Source: the human T2T-CHM13v2.0 reference genome, Homo sapiens | Strand: one strand, 5' to 3' | Assembly (NCBI RefSeq): GCF_009914755.1 | Contig: NC_060940.1 | Length of the DNA: 64,000 bases | Shown: piece by piece, positions 42,601 through 54,700 of the stretch | How positions within the stretch are numbered: the stretch's first letter is position 1 | How the letters are laid out: every line of letters begins with the position of its first letter | Position numbers and translations under genes: made by a program | The notes under the pieces: generated by a model | Told to the model about the DNA's origin: nothing | What the model saw: only the letters and a program-made list of their open reading frames with translations | The model's database searches: none

Positions 42601-45600
42601 ATCGAATGGAATCAAAAGGAATCATCATCGAATGGAATCATCATCAAATGTACACTAATTGAATCATCATCGAATGGAATAGATAGGAATCTTCGAATGG
42701 TCTCAATTGGAATCAACATTGAATGGAATTGAATGGAATAATTGAATAGAAACATCATCGAATGAAATAAAATGGAATCATCGAAAGGAATTGAATGGAA
42801 TCTTCACCAAATAGAATCATCGAAAGGAATGGAATGGAATCATCATTGAAGGTAATCGAATGGAATCATAGAATGAAATCGAGTGGAATCATCATTGAAT
42901 GGAATCGAATTGAATCATTGAATGAAATCAAAAGGAATCATCATCGAATGGAATCGAATAGAATCATCAAATGGAATCGAATGGAATCATCATCGAATGG
43001 TATCGAATGGAATCATAGAATAGTTTTGAATGCAATCATCATCAAATGGAATCGAATGGAATCACCATCGAATGGAATCAAAAGCAATCATCTAAAGGAT
43101 TTGAATAGAATCATTGAATGGACACGAATTTAATCATCATTGAATGGAATCTGATCAAATCAACACATGGAATCAAATGGATTCATAATCGAAATGAATC
43201 AAATGGAATCATCTAATGGACTGGAATGAAACTCTCATCGAATGGAATCAAATGGAATCATCGAATGGACTCGAATGGAATCATCATCGAATAGAATTGA
43301 ATGGAATCATCCTCGAATGGACTTGAATGGAAGCATTAAATGGACACGAATGGAATCATTGAATGGAATCTTATGCAATCATTATCAGTGGAATCAAATG
43401 GAATAATCACCAAATGGAATGGAATAGAATCATCTAATGAAATCAAATGGAATTATCATCAAGTGGAATCGAATGGAATCATCTTCGAATGGAATCATCA
43501 TTGAATGGAATCAAATGAAATCATCATCAAATGGAATCGAATGGAATCATCAACGAATGGAATTGAATGGAATCATCGAATGGAATGGAATGGAGTCTTC
43601 ATCCAATGGAACCGAACAGAATCATCATCAAATGAACCCTAATGGTATCATCATCGAATGGAATCGAATGGAATCATCATTGAATAGAATCGAATGGAAT
43701 CATCGTCTAGTGGACTCGACTTGATTCATCAAATGGACACGAATGGAATCATTGAGTGGACTCTCATTCAATCATCATCAATGGAATTGAATGGAAAAAT
43801 CATCAAATGGAAAGGAAAGGAATCATCATCGAAGGGTATCAAGTGGAATCATCAAATGGAATCGAATGGAATCATCATTGAATGGTATCGAATGGAATCA
43901 TAGAATGGTTTTGAATGGAATCATCATCAAATGGAATCGAATGCAATCTTCATTGAATGGAATCGAATGGAATCATCAACGAATGGAAACGAATGGAATC
44001 ATCGAATGGAATGGAATGGAGCCTTCATCCAATGGAACCGAATGAAATCATCATTAAATGAAACCTAATAGAATCATCATCGATTGGAATCACATGGAAT
44101 CATCATCGAATGGGATCGATTGGAATCATCATCGAATAGAATCGAATGGAATCATCGTCTAATGGACTCGACTTGATTCATCAAATGGACACAAATGGAA
44201 TCATTGAGTGGACTCTCATTCAATCATCATCAATGGAATCGAATGGAATCATCGAATGAAATCGAAAGGAATCATCATCAAATGGAATCAAATAGAATGG
44301 GATAATTCCATTCAATTGGAATGGACGATCAGATGGAAATGAATGGAATCGTCATAGAATGGACTCGAATGGAATCATTGTATGGAGTCGAATGGAATCA
44401 TCATCGAATGGAATCGAATGGAATCATTGAATGGACTCGAATGAAATCATCATCAAATGGAATCAAACGGAATCATCTAATAGACTCGAAAGGAATCATC
44501 ATTGAATGAATTCGAATGGAATCACCGAATGGACACGAATGGAATCATCATCATATGGAATCGAATGGAATCACCGAATGGAGTCGAATGGAATATCATC
44601 GAATGGAATCAAAAGCAATCATTGAATGGACTCAAATGGAACTATCGAATGGAATCATCGAATGGACTCAAAAGGAATCATCATCAAATGGACTCATATG
44701 GAATGATAGAATGGACTCGAATGGAATCATGGATTCCATGGAAATATCAACGAATGAACTCCGATGGAATCATCATCGAATGGACTCGAATGGAATAATA
44801 GAATGGAATAGAAACGCATCATCATTTAATGGAATCGAATAGAATTACAGAATGAAATCCAATTGAATCATCATCAAATGGAATCGAATGGAATCATCAC
44901 CAAATGGAATCCAATGGAAACATCATCAAATCGAACACAATGGAATCATCATCATATGGAACCTAATGGAGTCATCATCATATGGAATTGAATGAAATCA
45001 TCATCGAATGGAATTGAATGGAATCATAATCAAATGGAATCTAATGGAATGATCATCGAATGGAATCAAAGGGAATCATCAAATGGGATCGAACGGAATC
45101 ATCGAATGGAATCGAATGGTATCATCGTATGGATTCGAATGGAATCATCATCGACTGCAATTGAACGGAATTGTCATCGAGTGGAATCGAATGGAATCAT
45201 CATCAAATGTGATCGCATGGAATCATCAACAAATGGAATCGAATGGAATCATCAAATGGAATCGAATGGAAAGATCATCGAATGGAATCGAATGGAATCA
45301 TCAAATGGAATTGAAAGGGATCATCCAATGGAATCGAATGGAGTCATTGACGGGACTCGAATGGAATCATCATCGAATGGAATCAAATGGAGTCTTCAAA
45401 TGGACTCGATTGGAATCATCATTGAATGCAATCAAATGGAAATATCATTGAATGAAATCAGATGAAATCATCATCAGATGGAATCGAATGGAATCATCAC
45501 TGAATGGAAAGGAATGGAATCATCGAACAGAAACAGATGGAATCATCATCGAATGGAATCGAAGAGAAGCATCGAATGAAATATAATGGAATCATCAACG

Positions 45601-47278
45601 AATGGACTTGAATGGAATCATCATCGAATGGACTCAAATGGAATCATCGTCGAATGCACTCGAATGGAATCATCATCGAATGGACTCGATTGGAATCATC
45701 ATCAAATTCAATCCAATGGAATCATCATGAAATTGAATCGAATGGCTCATCATCGAATGGAGTCAAATGGAATCATCATTGAATGGAATCAAATGGAATC
45801 ATTGAATGGACTCGAATGGAATCATCATCGAATGGAATCGAATGCAACCATTGAATGGAATCAAATGGAATCCTCATCAAATGGATTCAAGTGGAATCAC
45901 CGAATGAAACCGAATGCAGTCATCATTGAATGGAATCGAATGGAATCATCATCGAATAGAATCGAATGGAAACATCGAATGGAATCGAATGGAATCATCA
46001 TTGAATGTAATCGAATAGAATCATCAAATGGAATCGAATGGAATAATTGAATGGAATTGAAAGGAATAAGCATCAAACGAAATCGAATGGAATCATCATC
46101 GAACAGAATCAAATGGAATCATTGAATGGAATCATCATCAAATGGAGTCCAATGGAATCATCGAATGGACTCGAATGGAAATATCGAATGGAACCGAATG
46201 CAATCATCATCGAATGGAATCAAATGGAATCATCAACAAATGGAATCGAATGGAATTATTGAATGGAATACAATGGAATCATCATCAAATGGAACCGAAT
46301 ATAATCATCGAGTGGACTCGAATTGAATCATGATCAAATGGAATCGAATGGAATCATGATCTAATGGAATCGAATGGTGTCATCGAATGGACTCAAATGG
46401 AATCATCTAATGGACTCGAATGGAATCATCGAATGGAATCAAATGAAATCATCACTGAATGGAATCAAATGGAATCATTGAATGGACTCGAATGGAATCA
46501 TCATTGAATGGAATCTAATGGAATCATGAAAGAAGGGAATCGAATGGAAACATCATCGAATGGAATCAAATGGTATCATCAGCGAATGGAACAGAATAGA
46601 ATCATTGAATGGAATCCAATGGATTCACCATCAAATTGAACTGAATGGAATCACCATTGAATGGACTCGAATGGAATCGTCATTGAATGGAATCGAATGG
46701 TGTCATCAAATGGAATCAAGCAGAAACATTGAATGGACTCGAATGGAATCATCAAATGGAATTGAATGCAATCATCATCAAATGAAATCAAATGGAATGA
46801 TTGACTTGAGTCGAATGGAATCATCATTGAATTGAATTGAATGGAATCATCGAATGGACTCAAATGGAATCATCATTGAATGGAATCAAAAGGAATCATG
46901 GAATGGACTTGAATGGAATCATTGAATGGACTCGAATGAAATTATCATCGAATGGAATCAAATGGAATAATCGAATGGACACGAATGTAATCATCATTGA
47001 ATGGAATCGCATGGAATCATCAAATGGAATCTAATGGAATCATCATTGAATGGAATCTAATGGAATTATCATCTGATGGAATCGAAGGGAAACATCAATG
47101 AATGGAATCGAATGGAGAAATCGAATGGAATCCGTTGGAATCATCATAGAATGGAACTGAATGCAGTCATCATCAAATGGAATCGAATGCAAACATCATT
47201 GAGTGGAATTGAAAGAAATCATCATCAAATGGAATCGAAAGGAATCATCATCAATCGAATGTGGAATTAAATGGACTC
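30680..47278 (+). repeat. Diverged HSat2/HSATII array, GGAAT strand on +
   Basis: Same 23/26-bp units as block 1; several internal sub-kilobase duplications. Confidence 0.93.
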
Positions 47279-50200
47279 CGTTCGAAGACTCTCTTCGATT
47301 CCTTTTGGTGATGATTCCATTTGATTCCATTTGATGATGCATCAATTCTATTCCATTGGATGATTCTATTCGATTCCATTCGATGATGATTTCATTCGAT
47401 TCCATTCGATGATGATTCCATTTGATTGCATTTGATGATGATTCAATTCGGGTCCATTCGAAGTTTCCATTCGATTACATTGCATGATGATTCTATTCCA
47501 GTCCATTTGATGATTCCATTCGACTGCATTCGACGATGATTCCATTTGATGCTATTCGATGATTCCATTAGATTATATTCGATGATGATTCCATTCAACT
47601 CCATTCGATGATTCCATTCGAGTCCATACCATTATCCCAGTAGATTCCATTCGATGATATTTCCATTTGATGCCATTCGATGATGTTTCCATTCAAGTCC
47701 AGTCGATGATGACTACATTGGATTCCATTCTATGATTCCATTTGATTCCATTCGATGGTGATTCCGATCAATTCCATTTGATGTTTCCATTAGATTCCAT
47801 TTAATGATTCCATTTGATTCAATTCAATAATGATTCCATTCGAATCCATTCGATGATTATATTCGAGCCCATTGGATAATTCCATTTGAGTCCAATCCTT
47901 GATTCCATACCATTATCCCATTAGATTCCTTTCGATGATGTTTCCATTCGATGCAATTCGATGATGATTCTATTCAATTCCATCCGAAGATTATTCCATT
48001 CAAGTCCATTCAATGATTCCATTCGATACCATTTGATGATGATTCCATTCGAGTCCATTCGATCATTCCATTCTATTGCATTCAATAATGATTCCCTTCG
48101 AGTAAATTAGATGATTCCATTCGATTCCATTTGATGATTATTCTATTCGTGCCCATTTGATGATTCCACACGATTCCATTCGATGATGATTCTATTCAAG
48201 TCCATTCGATGATTCCGTTCGTTTCCATTCGAGGATGATTCCATTCAATTCCATTCATTGGTGATTGCATTCAATTCCATTCATTGATTCCATTCCATTC
48301 CATTCGATGATTCCATTTGATTTCATTTGATGATGATTGCTTCGATTCCATTCGATGATTCCATTCGATTCCATTGGATGATGATTCCATTCGATTTCAT
48401 TTGATGACTCCATTTGTTTCCATTGGATGATGATTCCGTTCGATTTCATTTGATGATTCCATTTGATTCTATTTGAGGCTTCCATTCGATTCCATTCGAC
48501 GATGATTCCATTTGAGTCCATTCGTTGATTCCTTTTGATTCTTTTCGATGATGATTCCATGCGAGTGCATTCAGTGGCGATTCCGTTTGATTCCATTCGA
48601 TGATAATTCCATTTGATTCCATTTGATGATGATTGCATTCGATTCCATTTGATGATTCCATTTGATTCCATTCGATGATGATTTCATTTGATTCCATTCA
48701 ATAATGATTCCATTCGAGTCCATTCGATGATTCCATTAGAGGCCACTTGATGATTCCATTTGATTCCATTCGATGATGATTCCATTGTATTCCTTTCGTT
48801 GATGATTCCAATCAATACCGTTCGATGATGATTCCATTCAATTGCATTCGATGATTATTCCATTCAGTTCCATTCGTTGATTCCATTCAATTCCATTTGA
48901 GGATGGTTCCATTTGATTCCATTTGATGTTTCCTTTAGATTCTATTCAATGATTATTCCATTCGACTCCATTCAATGGTGATTCCATTCGATTGCATTGT
49001 GTGGTTCCATTTGATTCCATTTGATGATGATTGCATTCCATTCCATTCGATGATTCCATTTGATTTTATTCAAAGATGATTCCATTCGATTCCATTCGAT
49101 AATTCCATTCAATTCCATTTGATGATTCCAATGGATTTCATTTGATGATGATCCCATTTGAGTTCTTTCGATGATTCCGTTCAATTCCATTCGATGATGA
49201 TTCCATTCGTGTCCATTCCATGATTCCATTCCATTCCATTTGATGATGATTCTATTCAATTCCATTCCATAATGATTCCATTCGAATCCATTCAATGATG
49301 ATTCCATTTGATTTCATTTGATGATTCTATTTGATTCCATTCAAAGATGATTCCCTTCCATTCCATTCATTGATTCCATTCGATTTCATTCGATGATGAT
49401 TCCATTCTAATCCATTTGATGATTCCATTCCATTCCATTCGATGATGATTCCATTCAAGTCCAGACGGTGACTCCATTCGATTTCATTAGGTGATGATAC
49501 CATTCGAGTCCATTCGATGATTCATTGCGATTTCATTTGATAATAATTACATTCAATTCTATTCGATGATTCCTTTCGATTCCATTTGATGATGATTCCT
49601 TTCAAGTCCATTCGATGATTCCATTCAATTCTATTGGATGATGATTCCATTCGAGTCCATTCGATGATTCCATTCAATTACATATGATGATGATTCAATT
49701 CGATTCCATTCGATGATTCCATTCAATTCCATTCATTGATGATTGCATTCAAGTCCACTCGATGATTCCATTTGATTTCATTCGATGATGATTACATTCG
49801 AGTCCATTTGATCATTCTATTCGAACCCACTTGATGATTGCTTTCGATCATATTCGATGATGATTCCTTTCGAGTCCATTCGATGATTCCATTTAATTCC
49901 ATTTGGTGATGATTCCATTCGTGTCCATTAAATGATTCCATTCAATTCCATTTGATGATGACTCCATTCGGTTCCATTCGATTATTCCTTTCAGTTCTAT
50001 TCGATGATGATTCCATTCGATTCCATTCAATGGTGATTCCGTTCAATTCCATTCGATGGTTCCATTCAATTCCATTCGATGACATTTGCATTATATTCCA
50101 TTCAATGATTCCATTCGATTTTATTCAAAGATGATTCCATTCAATATTTCCATTCGATTCCATTAGATGATTCCAATGAATTCCATTTGATGATGATTCC

Positions 50201-53200
50201 ATTGGCGTCCGTTTGGTGATTCCATTCAATTCCATTCGATGATTATTCCATTTGATGATTATTCCATTCACGTCCATTTGATGATTCCATTCAATTCCAT
50301 TCGATGATGATTCCATTCGAGTCCATTCAATGATTCCATTCGATTCCATTCGGTAATGATTCCGCTCGAGTCCTTTAGATGATTTCATTTGAGTCGATTC
50401 GATTGTTCCATTAGATTCCATTTGATGATGATTCCATTCGGTGCCATTCAATGATTGAACGATGATTCCATTCGTGTCTATTCTATGATTCCATTCAATT
50501 CCATTTTATGATGATTCCATTCGAATCCCTTCGATCATTCCACTCGATTCCATTTGATGATGATTCCATTCGAATCCATTCGATGATGCCCCTCGATTCC
50601 ATTCAATGACTCCGTTCAATCCCATTCGATGATTCCCTTTGATTCCATTTGATGATGATTCCATTTGAGTCCATTCGATGATTCCATTCAATTCCATTCA
50701 ATGATTATTCCATTCAAATCCATTTGATGATTCCTTTTGACTCTCTTTGATGATTCCGTTTGATCCCATTTGATGATTCTCTTTGACTCCATTCGATGAT
50801 CATTCCATTCTATTCAATTCGGTGATTCCATTCGATTCCATTCAATGATGATTCCATTTGATTCAATTCAATTATGATTCCATTCAATTCCATTCGATGA
50901 TGACTCCGTTGGGTTCCATTTGATGATGATTCATTCGTTTCCATTTGATGATGATTCCTTTTGGTTCCATTCGATGATTCCATTCGATTACATTTGTTGA
51001 CAATTCCATTCGATTCCACTCAGTGATGATTCCATTCAATTCCATTCGATGATGATTCCATTTGATTCCATTTGTTGATGATTCCATTTGATTTCATTTG
51101 ATTATTCTATTTGATTCCATTCGATAATGATTCCCTTCTATTCCATTCGATGACTCAATTTGATTCTATTTGAACATGATTCTGTTCTATTCCATTTGAT
51201 GATGATTCTATTCGATTCCATTCAATGATGATTCCATTCGAGTCCATTTGATGATTCCATTCGATTCCATTCGATGATGATTCCATTCGAGTCCATTTGA
51301 TGATTCCGTTTGATTTCATTCAATGATAACTCTATTCAATTCCATTCGATGATTCCATTCTATTCCATTCGATGGTGATTCCATTTCAGTTGAATCGATG
51401 ATTCCATTCAAGTTCATTTAATGATTCTATTGTGTTCAATTCGATGATGATTACATTTTATTCCATTCAATGATTCCATTTGTTTCCATTCGTTGATGAT
51501 TCCATTCAATTCCTTTCAGTGATGATTCCTTTCGATTTCATTCATTGATGATTCTATTCGGTTCCTTGATTATGATTCCGTTTGATTCCATTTGATTATG
51601 ATTTCATTCAATTCCATTCAATGATTATTCCATTCCATTTCATTCGATGATTCTATTCAATTCCATTTGATGGTGATTCCTTTTGATTCCATTTGATGAT
51701 GATTCCATTTGATTGCAATCAATGATGATTCCATTTGCGTCCATTCGAAGATTCCATTCGATTCCATTCGATGATGGTTCCATTGGTGTCCATTCGATGA
51801 TTCCATTGCATTCCATTCGATGATGATTCTATTCAATTCCATGCGATGATGATTCCAATCGTTTCCATTCAATGATGATTCCGTTTGGTTGCATTCGATG
51901 ATTCTATTTGAATCCATTCAAAGATGAATCCATTCTATTCCATTCAATGATTCCATTCGATTCCATTCGATGATGATTCTATTAGATTACATTTGATGAT
52001 GAATCTATTCGAATCCATTCGATGATGATTCCATTCATGTCCATTCGATGTTTCCATTTGATTCTATTCAATGACAATTCCATCCAAGTCCATTAGATCA
52101 TTGCATTCGATTCCATTCAATGATGATTCCATTTGATGCCATTCGATGATTCCATTCATTTTCATTCAATTATGATTCCATTCTAATCCATTTGATGATT
52201 CTATTCCATTCCATTCGATGATGATGCCATTCGAGTCCATTCGATCATTCCATTCGATTCCATTCGATGATGATTCCATTTGGGTCCATTAGATGATTCC
52301 ATTTGATTCCATTCGATGATGATTCCATTCGAGTGCATTTGATGATTCCATTCGATTCCATTCTCCGATTATTACATTCTAGTCCATTCGATGATTGCAC
52401 TCGATTCCATATGATGAAGATTCCATTCGATTCCAATTGATGATTCCATTCTATTCCATTCAATGATGATTCAATTCGGGTACATTAGATGATTCCAATC
52501 GATTCCATTCGATGATGATTCTATTCGTGTCCATTACATGATTCCATTCGATTCCATTCGATGATGCTTCCATTCTATTCAATTCGATGATGGTTCCATT
52601 CGGGTCCATTAGATGATTCCATTTGATTCCATTCGATGATGATTCCATTCTATTCCATTCAAAGAAGGTTCCATTCGTGTCCATTAGATGATTCCATTCG
52701 ATTCCGTTCGATGACGATTCCGTTCTATTACATTCAATGATGATTCCATTCGGGTCCATTAGATGATTCCATTCGATTCCATTCGATCATGATTCCATTC
52801 GTGTCCATTTGATGATTCCATTCTACTCCATTTGATGATGATTCCATTCATGTCCATTCGATGATTCTATTAGAGTCCATTGAATGATTGCTTTTGATTC
52901 CATTCGATGATGATTCAATTCCATTCCATTCAATGATGATTCCATTCGATACCATTCTATGATTCTATTCGAATCCATTCAATTATGATTCCATTCGATT
53001 CCATTTGATGATTCCATTTGATTACATTTGATGATGATTCCATTTGATTCCATTTGATGATTCCATTCTATTCCATTCGAAGATGATTCCATTCTATTCC
53101 ATTCGAAGATGATTCCATTCACTTCCATTCAATGATGATTCCATTTGATTCCATTCAATGATGATTCCTTTCGAGTCCATTCGATGATGATTCCATTCAA

Positions 53201-53290
53201 GTCCATTGCATGATGATGCCTTTCAATTTCATTCGATGATGATTCCGTTTGATTCCATTCGATGATAATTCCATTCTTTTCCATTCAATG
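47270..53290 (-). repeat. Diverged HSat2/HSATII array, inverted (CATTC on +)
   Basis: CATTCGATGATGATTCCATTCGAGTCC units; satellite-type ORFs (MESNGII...) switch to the minus strand from 47196 onward. Confidence 0.93.
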
Positions 53291-53568
53291 ATGATTCCAT
53301 TCCATTCCATTCCACTCCACTACATTCAGTTACATCCGATTCCATTCCACTCCATTCCACTCCTCTGCTCTCCACTCCACTCCACTCCATTGCATTCCAT
53401 TCCATTCTATTTCACTGGTTTCCATTCCATTCCCTTCTTTCAAGAGTGTCTCACTCTGTCACCCATCCTGTAGCACAATGGCACAATCTCATCTCCCATT
53501 CCATTCCATTCCTCTCCATTCAATTCCATTCGATTCCATTCCATTCCATTCTATTCCATTCCATTCGA
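53291..53568 (-). repeat. Simple (CATTC)n/(CACTC)n HSat3-like edge of the array
   Basis: ATG-ATG inserts disappear; pure pentamers ccattccattccactccact. Confidence 0.85.
53435..53496 (-). mobile_element. About 60-bp Alu right-arm 3' fragment embedded in (CATTC)n
   Basis: ttctttcaagagtgtctcactctgtcacccatcctgtagcacaatggcacaatctcatctc resembles TTTGAGACAGGGTCTCACTCTGTCACCCAGGCTGGAGTGCAGTGGCACAATCTCAGCTC. Confidence 0.8.
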
Positions 53569-53739
53569 AAAAGAAAAAGAGTTGCAAAGTCATACTCCCT
53601 TTTCTGCTCTTGTCAGACAATTAACGGTTCTTTGAATACTTCAGCCCTAATAATTTTCTTTATCATACATATTGCAGTGCTTATCTAATTTTATATATAT
53701 TTTTGTTTCAAAACCCAGTTTCTTATTTGTTCTATCTCT

Positions 53740-54700
53740 ATGTTTGCAATATATTTTACTGTCTGTTCATTCTTTGATTTCAGAACCTCAACCTTTCTGA
53801 AGCATATTTTCAGAGTTTCTCTGTAGTTTCTTTAGTGGAATTCTGCTGGTGGCGTTTTGTTTTTTATCTCTAAATATGTTATTTAGCCATAGGTTGATGA
53901 ATATTTTTCTTTGTTTAGAAATTCAGAATGGCATTATTATTCTTAACAAATAATATTGTTTATTTTACCTTTCATTTTTTTCAGATTTCAATATGATTAA
54001 AAGTAATTTCATTTTTCTAGTGCTAATTGAAATATTTTTCCCTTCCTCGTTGTTTACTATTTCTCTAGGAGATACATAGGTTTAGGATTATCTCCATTGT
54101 AGCTTGCTTAGCAAGAATGGAATTTTTGAATACGCAGATTAGTGTCTTACAAAAGTCTAGGGAAATTTCACCCAAAGTACCATCACATATTGTCCCTTCC
54201 CAGTTCCCTTCTTCTATGAGAACACTCTCTAAACACATGCTACACTTTCTCACTGTATCTTCCATGTCTCTTCATCATTCTGTCCACATTTTACATTTTT
54301 AAAAATTTTCTGTAATGCATTCTGAAATATTTATGAACTCTCACCTTGGCCATGTCTAATCTGATGAGTACATTTTTGAGTTTTTAATTTAAAATAACTA
54401 TATTTTCATACAAACTACTTTTCAAATTTGCTACATCAATTTTTTAGTTTCCTAACAATATATTCATTTTTTTAAAAAATTTTGAAAGCAAATGTGCTTT
54501 ATAATCTAACAGTGATATTTCTACTAATGAACCTTTGTGGAGCTGTTTGTACTCTTTTTCTGCTTTCCTTTCAAATGGTGGAATATCATTTCCTTGCATA
54601 GTTAGATGCCTTTGAATGACAAATATTTATTTTTCTCTGAAAATTATTTTTGTGTGCTTTTGCAGATTAGTAAATAGAAAATTTGCCAAAGAGAATTTGA
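53740..54700 (-). mobile_element. Very old L1 (L1ME-like) 5'/ORF1 fragment
   Basis: T-rich strand with agtctagggaaatttcac...cacatgctacactttctcactgtatcttccatgtctctt motifs. Boundaries approximate. Confidence 0.5.

Noticed and set aside
47000-47550. Perfect fold-back (breakage-fusion-bridge) palindrome at the strand switch
   Set aside because: The two sides carry different variant patterns and are not mirror images beyond the 13-bp core.
30680-53568. CRISPR-like repeat-spacer array or coded information in the satellite variants
   Set aside because: No unique spacers and no cas genes; eukaryotic satellite whose variation is explained by CpG decay and local duplication.
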